From positions 1 through 49,189 of the forward strand of contig JBHLRQ010000013.1 of NCBI GenBank assembly GCA_048882385.1: DNA of 49,189 nucleotides. Direction: 5' to 3'. Below the pieces are notes generated by a model. It had not been told where the DNA came from. It searched no databases and worked only from the letters and a program-made list of their open reading frames with translations. Origin of the DNA: Candidatus Thorarchaeota archaeon (lineage in GTDB: Archaea > Asgardarchaeota > Thorarchaeia > Thorarchaeales > Thorarchaeaceae). Shown one piece after another: positions 1-9,322 of this stretch. The translations under genes and the position numbers were made by a program. How positions within the stretch are numbered: position 1 is the first letter of the stretch; each line of letters opens with the position of its first letter.

Positions 1-2882
1 AGGACTGAATCGCTCATCATGTGGTCGCCTGCGTCATATACAAGTAGAAGATACGAGTAGAGACCTGGAGTAAGCCCATCCACGTAAACCACAATCTGTT
101 CCGAGCTACTGTTCCACTGACCCTCCCTGACTGTAACGCTATCGCGGACCACCTGATAGGCTCGTGGATTGTCATCCGTAGCTTGCCACATGATTGAGTT
201 GCCCACTTCTCCCTCAGTGTAGGTTATGTCGTCTGGATGATTGATTGTGGGCACAGTCGCATCAAGAACGACTATTACGGTGTCAGCAGAGCAGTAGTGT
301 CCGTAGCTGTCATATGCTCTGACCTCAAGCGGAATCTCCGCGCATGGAAGTGGAACAATGCTTGTAACTGCTCCGTTCGTGTCTACACTGAAACGGGTTG
401 TATCATTGACCCAGTAATGATCGATACCAGATTGGTCCTGGGCTTGAATTAGAAGGATGGCATCCTCTCCATAATTGACGTAGACCACCTCCGGGACGAG
501 TACCCAGACAGGAGCCTGCGTGTCAACCACCTCAATGCGAATTGTTCCTGTAAGGACCTGACCAAGGGTATCATTTACAGAAACCCTGATTTGGTAGACC
601 CCAACAGGCAAGAGAATGTTTGCCGTCACAATGCCCTCAGAGCTGACAGAGAATCGACCCGTGTCATTCAGCCACCATGTATGCAGACCCGAGTAGTCAG
701 TTGCATTTAGATCATAGTAGAATGAATCGCCAGCCTCCACAGTCTGATCCGTGAGTTCCTGAGTCCAATATGGAATGTCGGTATCTATGACGGACAACAT
801 GAATACAGCAGAGCAATAGTGGCCATAGTGGTCAAGCCCCCTCACCTCAAGAGCATACATTCCAGCTGGAATCTCAGTAGTGTTTGTCAGCACACCGTAT
901 TCGTCTATAGTCACAATGGCTGTGTTGTTCACCCAGTACCCTGCGACCTCACTGTAACCAACAACCTCTAGGTCCATATAGAGTGGCTCGTAGTATTGAA
1001 TGGTAACATCGGTCGGGGCTATCGACCAGGTGATGTAGAGGCCCTTTATGGGCAGAATCAATGGGCGGAGGTCCTCTGAGCCAGCAGAACCAAGTAAGGA
1101 GTACGGTGTATCACCAAAACCATCATAGTCGTTATCAGGACCACTATAGTCATTGTAGTAATTCTCGCTGATGGTGTTCAGAACACCATCGTCCTGAACA
1201 TTGTTCGTGTTGTTGAAGTCGTTCCAAGATACAGTCACATTATTGGACAGACTGCCCAACATTAGCCCCCAAGTATTGTCCTTGAGGGTGTTGTTTGTGA
1301 CAACAGTTTGCTCCGCTGAGAACAGGTCCATGGCGACTGTGGTGCCAGTCAGGAGATTTTGTGTAATAGTCAAATCAGTTGACTCCTCGACAATAATGGC
1401 TTCTGAATACTGTGTGAACGAATTATTAGAGAGGCTAAACAAACTACAGTTCTGAATATAGGCTCCGTACAACCCCAAAGGGAATGTGTTGTTCGCTATG
1501 ACTCCATTCGTGACATTCCAGAGATCTATCCCGGTCCCATCAACCGTATCATCCAAATCAACAATTGTACAGTTGCGGATTATGAAGTGTGCTCTTGTGT
1601 CACGAATGGTTATACCGATAGGCATAGCATAGAAAGCCATGATGTGTAGACCCTCTATCACAAAGGGCTCCTCAAAGGTACCTTCGCCTGGCCATCCTTG
1701 TGATATGAAATCGTCATCACTGAGAATCTCTATAGTGTAGTCAACGACTTGACATAGAAATGTGTGCTGATTGTCTTCAGTTCTAGTTTCTCCAGCAGCC
1801 GCTTCGACGACCACCGTAAAATTGTAGATTCCACTAAAACTCGGTGTCCACCCAAAGTCGTATGTATAGAGAATACTCCTATTCAGAACCGGGAAGAGGT
1901 CAACGAACACCTGCTGACCATCTTGATACAGCCTGACGATGACATAATTCTCTGCAGATGTGCCTGTGTTCAGCACAGTGAGTGTGATGGGCATCTCATA
2001 ACCAGGCTGGGTTGGTGTAAACGAGTTGACATATGCCCACAAGTCGTGCTCATGAGTGGCCTCAGCCAACCAGAGGAATGAATTCACACCTAAGCCAAGA
2101 TTGTCATCCCCATAGGTGCTGGAAACCATATCATTGTCGCTCATGCAGACTACTTTGCCAAGCCCAGTCTGCGAAGCAGCCAGCACGTTATATCCACTGT
2201 AGGTTGCCTTGAGACTTATCGCGGGCCATGTGATATTCAATCTGGCGTCAGCATCATTACAACTGAAGGACTTGAGTCCTTTTGTCACTGGATGATGAAT
2301 ATCGTAAGGCCCCCACATACCAATATTTGCGTCGAGCCATTCAATACCAGCAAAGTCAGTCAGGGTGCTGAGGATGCTCTCGTTCAGGTCTCCCGACACA
2401 AGCAGCCCTCCACCCCCAAGAACGAAGTCATGAATTGAATCAGTTTCATTTGTGGAGTAAGACAGGGTTGGCTGAACAATCACAAGTATGTTATATCCCT
2501 GCAGCGTAGAAGCGTTAATTGATCCAGAAGAGAGCGTATCAGTGATAAAACCATATGACACTATCTCTGCTATGAGATTAGAGAATTGAGATTGAGCCTG
2601 ATTGCCGTGGACCATGTCCCAGAGGACGTATATTTGATCATTAGCCCAGATAGGATTAGACTGGAGGTTATTCTTTATGGATGATTCTCCAGAAGGTGAT
2701 CTTAGTTCCCCTACTGAGTTGTATGCTTCGTAGCTAGGTCTCAAAATAGGAGTAAAAAGCAGCAGAGCAACACAGATTGCTGCCAAGACAGAAACAGGTC
2801 GACTAAGATCAGGATTTAGGACGTAGTGATGCCTGTTCTTCCTGGATTTCCAATTTCCACATTTTTCTGCAATACTCTCCAT
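1..2882 (-). CDS. Large secreted/cell-surface protein, truncated by the window edge: GATase-like/DUF4350-like domain, NosD-like parallel beta-helix, Ig-like repeats
   Basis: Not in the ORF track. Hand translation from ATG 2882 gives MESIAEKCGNWKSRKNRHHYVLNPDLSRPVSVLAAICVALLLFTP (hydrophobic signal), then VLWDMVHGN..., DDDFISQGWPGEGT..., APTDVTIQYYEPL..., EQIVVYVDGLTPGLYSYLLLVYDAGDHMMSDSV. All spot-checked segments are in the same frame. Confidence 0.85.
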   Translation of the reverse strand, partial: MESIAEKCGNWKSRKNRHHYVLNPDLSRPVSVLAAICVALLLFTPILRPSYEAYNSVGELRSPSGESSIKNNLQSNPIWANDQIYVLWDMVHGNQAQSQFSNLIAEIVSYGFITDTLSSGSINASTLQGYNILVIVQPTLSYSTNETDSIHDFVLGGGGLLVSGDLNESILSTLTDFAGIEWLDANIGMWGPYDIHHPVTKGLKSFSCNDADARLNITWPAISLKATYSGYNVLAASQTGLGKVVCMSDNDMVSSTYGDDNLGLGVNSFLWLAEATHEHDLWAYVNSFTPTQPGYEMPITLTVLNTGTSAENYVIVRLYQDGQQVFVDLFPVLNRSILYTYDFGWTPSFSGIYNFTVVVEAAAGETRTEDNQHTFLCQVVDYTIEILSDDDFISQGWPGEGTFEEPFVIEGLHIMAFYAMPIGITIRDTRAHFIIRNCTIVDLDDTVDGTGIDLWNVTNGVIANNTFPLGLYGAYIQNCSLFSLSNNSFTQYSEAIIVEESTDLTITQNLLTGTTVAMDLFSAEQTVVTNNTLKDNTWGLMLGSLSNNVTVSWNDFNNTNNVQDDGVLNTISENYYNDYSGPDNDYDGFGDTPYSLLGSAGSEDLRPLILPIKGLYITWSIAPTDVTIQYYEPLYMDLEVVGYSEVAGYWVNNTAIVTIDEYGVLTNTTEIPAGMYALEVRGLDHYGHYCSAVFMLSVIDTDIPYWTQELTDQTVEAGDSFYYDLNATDYSGLHTWWLNDTGRFSVSSEGIVTANILLPVGVYQIRVSVNDTLGQVLTGTIRIEVVDTQAPVWVLVPEVVYVNYGEDAILLIQAQDQSGIDHYWVNDTTRFSVDTNGAVTSIVPLPCAEIPLEVRAYDSYGHYCSADTVIVVLDATVPTINHPDDITYTEGEVGNSIMWQATDDNPRAYQVVRDSVTVREGQWNSSSEQIVVYVDGLTPGLYSYLLLVYDAGDHMMSDSV

Positions 2883-3389
2883 CACGCAAACCCCTTTCCC
2901 TTGTTACTTCTGTGCCCTTTGACTTAAGCTTTGCTTTCAGAAAGAATCTTTTTGCAGAATATTCTCTCTTGAAAAGATTAAGGACAGCCATACCATGGGT
3001 CAACCAAATGGTGGAGGCAATGGATAGAAACTGGGTGAGAAAGGCGTGTGAAATTGGGGCTCTTTATAGGGGTTTACTATCAGCTATTGGAATTTATGTA
3101 GTACCCGGACCAAACGACGGAGGCACCTTGTAAAATGTGCTTGGCATTGTTCATATGATTTTCCAGATATTCTGGATATCATCTTCCTTCTATGCAGATC
3201 CTACCAAGACAGAGAAAAATTAGTCCCACGGAAAATCAAATTCAAATCCTCCTATTGTTCAGGTATTTTTGTTCATAGTTCCTTCTTTTGCGGAGTATAA
3301 TGCGCTCACGTGTACACAAGACAGTTTTTCGTAAGAAAGATAAGGAACTTAAATGAATAAAAGATTATTATCAAAGAACGTGATCAAAA

Positions 3390-3776
3390 ATGAGCGGGGA
3401 AATCCCCAGCTATGCAAGGTATATCTTTCTACTCGGTTGTATCGTTTCACTGATATTCGGAGCCTGGTTTTTCATCTCTCCGGAATCATGGAGTGACATC
3501 ACTGGTTGGCCCCCTGAGCCCAGTACTGCACGTGTCTTAGGTGCTATTCTTCTAAGCTACGTGCTGGGAGCGTTTTTGGCATTTCGTGCTGAATCATGGA
3601 AGGAGATCGAAATATACGTCCTGATGTCGATAATATGGACGTTGCTTGGGACAATAGGAATGGTTTGGAACATGGCAGTCATGACCCTACCGATTGCTAG
3701 TTTGTTGACCACTGGTCTGCTCGTGATGTTTCTAATATTGTATCTGTATTTATACATGCAGTTAAGAAGAAGCTGA
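3390..3776 (+). CDS. Small 4-TM membrane protein, unknown function
   Basis: 128 aa with four hydrophobic segments; AT-rich promoter-like sequence upstream. Confidence 0.8.
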   Translation: MSGEIPSYARYIFLLGCIVSLIFGAWFFISPESWSDITGWPPEPSTARVLGAILLSYVLGAFLAFRAESWKEIEIYVLMSIIWTLLGTIGMVWNMAVMTLPIASLLTTGLLVMFLILYLYLYMQLRRS

Positions 3777-3857
3777 AAGATAAACTGGAAAGAGCTTGGC
3801 AAAGGCATCTTGGAGATTGTGTGACTAACTCCATGTTTAGAGTTGACGCTATATTCT

Positions 3858-3904
3858 CTGAGTATAGTTCCTATGTATGAGGCTCATCACGGATCTATAC
3901 TCAG
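3858..3904. repeat. Intergenic inverted repeat / hairpin
   Basis: Perfect 10-bp arms CTGAGTATAG (3858-3867) and CTATACTCAG (3895-3904), extended inward by TCC/GGA. Confidence 0.6.
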
Positions 3905-3970
3905 TTTCCTGCGTTGAGAGGAATAATAATAGGAGTATTAATTGTTAGATGAGAAGGAGGGGTTAGTAGA

Positions 3971-4795
3971 TTGAAGTGTCGTATTAGAAACTCTGAAGTT
4001 TACTATGAATCATATGGAGAAGGCAGACCGATTATCAGCTTACATGGGTTCACGTTAGATCATCGTTCTATGATTGGAAGCTTAGAGCCTATCTTCGAGC
4101 GTAGAGATGGATGGAAACGGATCTACCTAGACTTGCCTGGACATGGTCAAACCTCAGGTCAGGAATGGATGAAAAATTCAAATGATATGCTACAGGTTGT
4201 AATCGACTTCATTGACAATGTGATTCCTGATACGAACTTTGTAATTGCAGGCCTGTCTTACGGTGGATACTTGGCACGAGGTCTGGTTCATCACAGACCA
4301 GAGCAGGTACTTGGACTATTGTTAATCGTTCCCATGATTATCAGCCGATCCGAAGATAGGATACTTCCTGAGAAAGCCATACTGGAGCAAGACGATGAGT
4401 TTCTTAATAGTCTTAGAACAGAGGAACATGAAGGTTTTGTAGATGTGGCAGTAATCCAAACTGGAAAACTTTGGCCTCGCTATGCAGAAGAAATTACACC
4501 TGCTGTCCAGATATCAGACACACAATTTCTCGAACGGTTGCAATCTGGTGATGATGAATTCAGCTTTGAAGTTGATTCTCTCTCCGTGAAATTCGATGGT
4601 CCCACCCTCATTATGGTTGGAAGACAAGATCATTGGGTGGGATATCAAGACGCCTGGAGAATCTTAGAGAAATATCCTCATGCAACATTTGCAGTCTTGG
4701 ATAGAGCAGGTCATGCTTTGCAGTTGGAGCAGACTGAATTGTTCAATGTGCTTGTTTCTGAGTGGCTTGACAGAGTAGAAAAAGCTGAGAAGTAG
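3971..4795 (+). CDS. Alpha/beta fold hydrolase
   Basis: HGF oxyanion motif, DLPGHG, nucleophile elbow GLSYGG, GRQD acid, AGH His; RBS GGAGG upstream of TTG. Confidence 0.92.
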   Translation: MKCRIRNSEVYYESYGEGRPIISLHGFTLDHRSMIGSLEPIFERRDGWKRIYLDLPGHGQTSGQEWMKNSNDMLQVVIDFIDNVIPDTNFVIAGLSYGGYLARGLVHHRPEQVLGLLLIVPMIISRSEDRILPEKAILEQDDEFLNSLRTEEHEGFVDVAVIQTGKLWPRYAEEITPAVQISDTQFLERLQSGDDEFSFEVDSLSVKFDGPTLIMVGRQDHWVGYQDAWRILEKYPHATFAVLDRAGHALQLEQTELFNVLVSEWLDRVEKAEK

Positions 4796-4827
4796 CGGGA
4801 ATCCAACTTCCAGCATTTCACATTAGA

Positions 4828-4862
4828 CTAGAACTTGATTTCTCAGAAATCCTGACTTCTAG
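4828..4862. terminator. Possible hairpin between convergent genes
   Basis: GATTTCT-C-AGAAATC palindrome flanked by CTAGAA/TTCTAG. Confidence 0.35.
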
Positions 4863-4872
4863 AACCACATGT

Positions 4873-5691
4873 TTAATATCCAAGGTCTGAACTTCTAGCT
4901 TCCCACTTTCGAAGTTTGGGCCACACAGCCGCCCAGATGATTGCCAATAGTAGGACTAGAGTTGAAGGACCTATTGATGAAACAAACAGGGATGTAGGCG
5001 CATTACCTAGAGCATGAACACCCATGACAAAGAAGAGGTTTTCAGTCCTCAGATAGAGAATACCATAGATTAGTCCATTCATGAACACACTGAAGATCAG
5101 GTCGAAGAAGACAGTCACAGTCCATCCTTGATTCATGACTTTCCAGGGTATGTGGACCAGCGTGAAGAGTGCCTGTGAGAATACCAGGGCTAGTGCCATT
5201 CGGAAATACTTGTTCGAAGTAACGTCCGTCATCTTCACGTCGAATTGAACCAGAAGAAATCCTCTGAATCCTACCTCCTCATAGAGAGCTGTTCCAAAAA
5301 GCATTCCAATCAGCAAGCCCACCAAAACAGGAGATTCCGTATTCCATCTTGGGTCAAATTGTGCAGAACCTGCGGCAACGAAACCTGCCACGCCTTCCAT
5401 GATCTGAACAAGAATCCAAGTGAGTAAACACGCAACAAACGCAAGTGGGAGTTTCCTGCCAATCAACCCTAAGTCATTCGCATGCAGCCCTCCATACACA
5501 ACTAAAACTAGTACGATTGCTCCAATCAATAGGGGCACATTCAATACCAATGTGCGATGAACGAGTCCTCCGCTTACTGTTTCAATTGATTGAACAATCT
5601 CGAAAAACCAGATGTATGTCAGGATGATGACAAGACTGACTGCCAGGAACAAGACAATTGTTCTGTAATCTGATTCCTTCGACTCAATCAT
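4873..5691 (-). CDS. CPBP (Abi/CAAX type II) intramembrane metalloprotease
   Basis: EEVGFRG, FTLVH and HALGN motifs; multiple TM helices. Confidence 0.9.
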   Translation of the reverse strand: MIESKESDYRTIVLFLAVSLVIILTYIWFFEIVQSIETVSGGLVHRTLVLNVPLLIGAIVLVLVVYGGLHANDLGLIGRKLPLAFVACLLTWILVQIMEGVAGFVAAGSAQFDPRWNTESPVLVGLLIGMLFGTALYEEVGFRGFLLVQFDVKMTDVTSNKYFRMALALVFSQALFTLVHIPWKVMNQGWTVTVFFDLIFSVFMNGLIYGILYLRTENLFFVMGVHALGNAPTSLFVSSIGPSTLVLLLAIIWAAVWPKLRKWEARSSDLGY

Positions 5692-6389
5692 TACTCGGTC
5701 CCCCCAACAGTACTCCTCCTATTATCCAACCACCATGCTGTCAGAACAAAAACTGCATACAATAGTTCTGATGTTATTACGACAGTCAATACATCCGGAA
5801 ATGTTGTGAATGGTGTTACTACGGTGATGATTGCTAGCGCAATCATAAAGATATACATTCCATAATATCCCACCAAGCCTGTCCCCTGTGTTGTTGATCG
5901 GATGTATATCCAACAACCTACCAAAAGAATGGCAAGTTCAACTGCAACAGTGCCTATGATGCTATTCCATAGTCCTAGTCCAATCATTGTGTCAAATCCA
6001 GGAATCAACAATAAATCCGGAGTATGGACAATGATGTCCAAGAGAAAGTGAGAAAATACAGCTGCACTCAGGACAAGTGCAATTTTCTGTCTATAAGCGG
6101 CATCAATCGAGCTTCGCAGAGGAATGAACCGAACTACGAGAAAAATTCCAATAGCCCATGCAAAGGATCCAAGAAGACTATGAGTTATTGGATAATCGTA
6201 GAGATCGAATGAACTGGCTTCAGTAAAACCAGGGATTATTCGCATGTGCTCAATTCCTAGTGAAACAAGGATAAAGAACGCGATATCCACCAATTGGACT
6301 GCAATGAACAGGATGCCAAGCGATGTCTTGGTTGCATATTTCTTTAGAGCGAAAGCTATGCCATAATGTCCAATAAACATAGAACTCAC
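5691..6389 (-). CDS. Membrane-bound metal-dependent hydrolase (YdjM-like)
   Basis: GH, QLVD, THSL and SHFLLD motifs; stop overlaps the next gene's start. Confidence 0.8.
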   Translation of the reverse strand: MSSMFIGHYGIAFALKKYATKTSLGILFIAVQLVDIAFFILVSLGIEHMRIIPGFTEASSFDLYDYPITHSLLGSFAWAIGIFLVVRFIPLRSSIDAAYRQKIALVLSAAVFSHFLLDIIVHTPDLLLIPGFDTMIGLGLWNSIIGTVAVELAILLVGCWIYIRSTTQGTGLVGYYGMYIFMIALAIITVVTPFTTFPDVLTVVITSELLYAVFVLTAWWLDNRRSTVGGTE

Positions 6390-6466
6390 ACCTCAGAAAT
6401 GTCTGAGCAAGTTGTCAGTATGATGGAATCTGAAATTTTAACCTTCTTGTTTACTCCTGAGAATAT

Positions 6467-7285
6467 CTAAGCAAGAATCTTAGCAAGTTTATCAACCTCT
6501 TCTGGGAAATTGGATGCAAGTCGCTTCTTCTTGAGATTCTCTTTGACAATCCATTTTATGTCAGCATCGTCAATCTTGATTTGCTCTTCAAGAGTCCGGA
6601 ACCCTGTTGAAGGAGTAGCCTTCACTACAACGCTAAGGGTGTAACCTAATGCCTTGCGCAAAATTCTGAACTCATCTGACTCGCGATCTGATGAAGCTCT
6701 TATTTTGTCAAGGACCTTCGTATGTGCATCAAGTGCCCACTCTGTAAAACCGGTATCCATCAATAGACTGGGTTCTGCAACACCTGCCATGACTCCGCGA
6801 ATTACCAACCAATCATCCTGTTCAATCCAATCTTCCAAATCTTTTCGAATCTTGATATCGCAGCTAGAAAGCAGCTTTTGTAGAGCCATCGCAACTGCCT
6901 CGCGCATACGCCATCGAGAGTCCTGCGCTAGTGTTCGGAGGCGAAAGAGTGCTCTTTCTTGATACTCTGGCATTGACGCACCGACTGCACCCAATCCTCT
7001 GGTTCCGCAGAAAGCTATGAACTCCTTTGGATCATTTACAGGTGCTTCCAATGTTGAGATATCAGACATTGATGAGCATAGTTCCCAGAGTTCCTCAACA
7101 GAATTTCCTGAGGTTCGATTAGTAATAATCTCTTCAAATGCTGATGCTAATTCTAAGTTTCCTCTAGGTCCTGGTAGGTTGCTGTTAGCAATTATATATC
7201 TGAACAATTCATCTTGGACTTTTCTCTTGGGTGTGTTTTCAAGAATCTTATCCAAGTCTACGATATGCTTCTGTTTCTTACTCAT
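6467..7285 (-). CDS. HEAT-repeat / AlkD-like protein
   Basis: SNLPGPRGNLELA; DSRWRMREAVAMALQ HEAT-like repeat; WIVKENLKKKRL end. Confidence 0.65.
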   Translation of the reverse strand: MSKKQKHIVDLDKILENTPKRKVQDELFRYIIANSNLPGPRGNLELASAFEEIITNRTSGNSVEELWELCSSMSDISTLEAPVNDPKEFIAFCGTRGLGAVGASMPEYQERALFRLRTLAQDSRWRMREAVAMALQKLLSSCDIKIRKDLEDWIEQDDWLVIRGVMAGVAEPSLLMDTGFTEWALDAHTKVLDKIRASSDRESDEFRILRKALGYTLSVVVKATPSTGFRTLEEQIKIDDADIKWIVKENLKKKRLASNFPEEVDKLAKILA

Positions 7286-7355
7286 TGCTGACTGTTTTGT
7301 TCAATACATCTCGATTTACTTCTTTCGGGAAGTGTTCCTAACTCTCTTTGTTGAT

Positions 7356-8069
7356 TCAGCGGGAACGCCGCGTGAATAAAACAACTGCTACAATGACAAT
7401 TCCTACTCCAGTTACAACAATGATGATTACCAGATTGATAGAGCCGCTATCATATCTCTCAAGGTTGACATCGAGAGATTCATTTGGATACATTCTTTCG
7501 CTTATGCCATTAACTAGGTTGACACTAAGTAATGATCCGTCAGACTTTGACCAACGTTCAGTACTTGTCATGTTGAGATCTGGATAGTTGTATATATACC
7601 CCCACGATGTTGAATCCTCAACAATCTCATAACTTGCGTTGTTTGGAAGTCCATCATTCTTCTCTAGGACTAGATTGCTTGCAGTGTTCCAATCGCCGAT
7701 TGGCATTGCTCCCATATGGGGGAAGTTCCAAATTCCACTACTTATGTGAACGAAAAGACCTGAGTCGGGTAAATCGGAACCATCCTGAAGATACATCTGC
7801 GACCTGCACATCGAATAATCAAATGTGGGAACCCAACTTGATGTATTGGTGATTTCTTGAAGTTCACTGATTTCGATATAGACAATCTCCTCTTCAGCCA
7901 TTGTTCTCTCGCTGAGTTCTACGTCACGAGGCCAATATCCAATCTGTATGCGGAAATGGAATCTGTCTCCCTCCTCTACCTGCCATTGGGGAAGGGTATC
8001 ATCAGCAATAACATTCGTAGCTACAAGAAGTATTAACAAAATCAAGATTGAGAAGTTCTTTAGCCCCAT
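7356..8069 (-). CDS. Secreted, C-terminally membrane-anchored hypothetical protein
   Basis: N-terminal signal peptide; C-terminal TM helix followed by RRSR. Confidence 0.8.
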   Translation of the reverse strand: MGLKNFSILILLILLVATNVIADDTLPQWQVEEGDRFHFRIQIGYWPRDVELSERTMAEEEIVYIEISELQEITNTSSWVPTFDYSMCRSQMYLQDGSDLPDSGLFVHISSGIWNFPHMGAMPIGDWNTASNLVLEKNDGLPNNASYEIVEDSTSWGYIYNYPDLNMTSTERWSKSDGSLLSVNLVNGISERMYPNESLDVNLERYDSGSINLVIIIVVTGVGIVIVAVVLFTRRSR

Positions 8070-8175
8070 CCAAACTCACCCTAGAATATGAATCCTGATT
8101 ACCACTTTAATATTTCTCAATTGATGCTAGCGTTTTTATTCAAACAATCCACTTGTGTTAGGAGGACTGATTTCC

Positions 8176-8646
8176 ATGGAAGAGAAAGCAATCCAAGACA
8201 GATGGCATGAACTCGGGAGTTATTGTTGGGGCTGCGGTAGAAACAATGAGCATGGTCTCCAACTGAAGAGCTACTGGCAGGGTGATGAATTGGTTGCCAC
8301 ATGGCAACCTAAAGAGTATCACATGGCTTTTCCCGGTGTTCTCGCTGGTGGCATCATTGCGACACTCATCGACTGTCACTGCGTGAACGCAGCCAACTCT
8401 GCATCATGTGAAGCTGAGGGACGGGAGTATGACGCAGATCCACTCAGCGGGTTTGTCGGTGGTACAACCACTGTCAAATATCTCAAACCGACTCCCACCG
8501 ATGAGCCGGTCACCTTGCGTGCTAGGATCAAAGAGATGAAAGAACGCAAGATTACTGTCACATGTTTGTTATACTCGGGAGAAACCATGTGCGCCACCGG
8601 AGAAGTGATTGCAGTTAGAATCGGTCAGAGCAAGTTACTAGGTTAG
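8176..8646 (+). CDS. PaaI-family (hotdog) thioesterase
   Basis: CWGCG...GL, GGIIATLIDCH, VKYLKPTP; GGAGG RBS favours ATG 8176. Confidence 0.88.
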   Translation: MEEKAIQDRWHELGSYCWGCGRNNEHGLQLKSYWQGDELVATWQPKEYHMAFPGVLAGGIIATLIDCHCVNAANSASCEAEGREYDADPLSGFVGGTTTVKYLKPTPTDEPVTLRARIKEMKERKITVTCLLYSGETMCATGEVIAVRIGQSKLLG

Positions 8647-8913
8647 CCAGAAAGATTAGAATTAATGATGAGATGACTCAAGGCTCCTTAGGCTTTTTCT
8701 TTTACTTCTTCATTACAACCTACAGTTTCTTCAATGGCTCCATTGTAATCTTCAGACTATGCTTTAATCCCGTAATCAAGTCCCTAGCACACCTCTTGCA
8801 TGTTTGAGTCCTGCCTTATAGGTGGTACAAGCTGAGAATCTGTAATAGTTCTTTCATGTGAGAAGATCAAATTCTCTCTTTGACAACTGAAATGTTAGTC
8901 TTAATATTGAACT

Positions 8914-9282
8914 ATGAGAATAATCAAAAGGAGTTTCAAGTTGTTTGTAAGCGCACAGCCTTTCATTGGATTTATACTAATCGAATGCGTTTTACTTGTG
9001 CTCTTTGTTGATATACTGCTGAAGCGCGGTACTCGCAAAGGTAGTTAAACTCTCTTCAGAATTTTTGCATTAATCTCAATTCTCACCGTTGTATCAATAG
9101 CCAATTCGCTATTCGTGATCTTAAATCCCCTACCACCACCTCCACTTGACGACCTTCCAAGTGAGATTTATTCAGATGAGCTATTTATCCGCTCATTGCA
9201 ACTAGGTGTCGGAGCAATCAGTGCTCTTATTCTGTTTGTATCCATCATTGCGTATCTCTGGGTACAATCTGGAGAAGAATGA
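8914..9282 (+). pseudogene. 3-TM membrane protein ORF with one in-frame TAA (9046-9048)
   Basis: MRIIKRSFKLFVSAQPFIGFILIECVLLVLFVDILLKRGTRKGS*TLFRIFALISILTVVSIANSLFVILNPLPPPPLDDLPSEIYSDELFIRSLQLGVGAISALILFVSIIAYLWVQSGEE*. Confidence 0.55.
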
Positions 9283-9322
9283 AGGACCAGTTTCTCCAAA
9301 GATTTCAGCATAGCCCATTGTC

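Noticed and set aside
237-2081. Short + strand ORFs (237-452, 1201-1455, 1764-2081)
   Set aside because: They are antisense shadows of the large minus-strand surface-protein gene
2809-3133. ORFs 2809-3003 (-) and 2912-3133 (+)
   Set aside because: No recognisable motifs; they overlap the start and promoter region of the large gene
8650-8900. Possible decayed gene on the minus strand
   Set aside because: The frames I read contain stops and show no recognisable family
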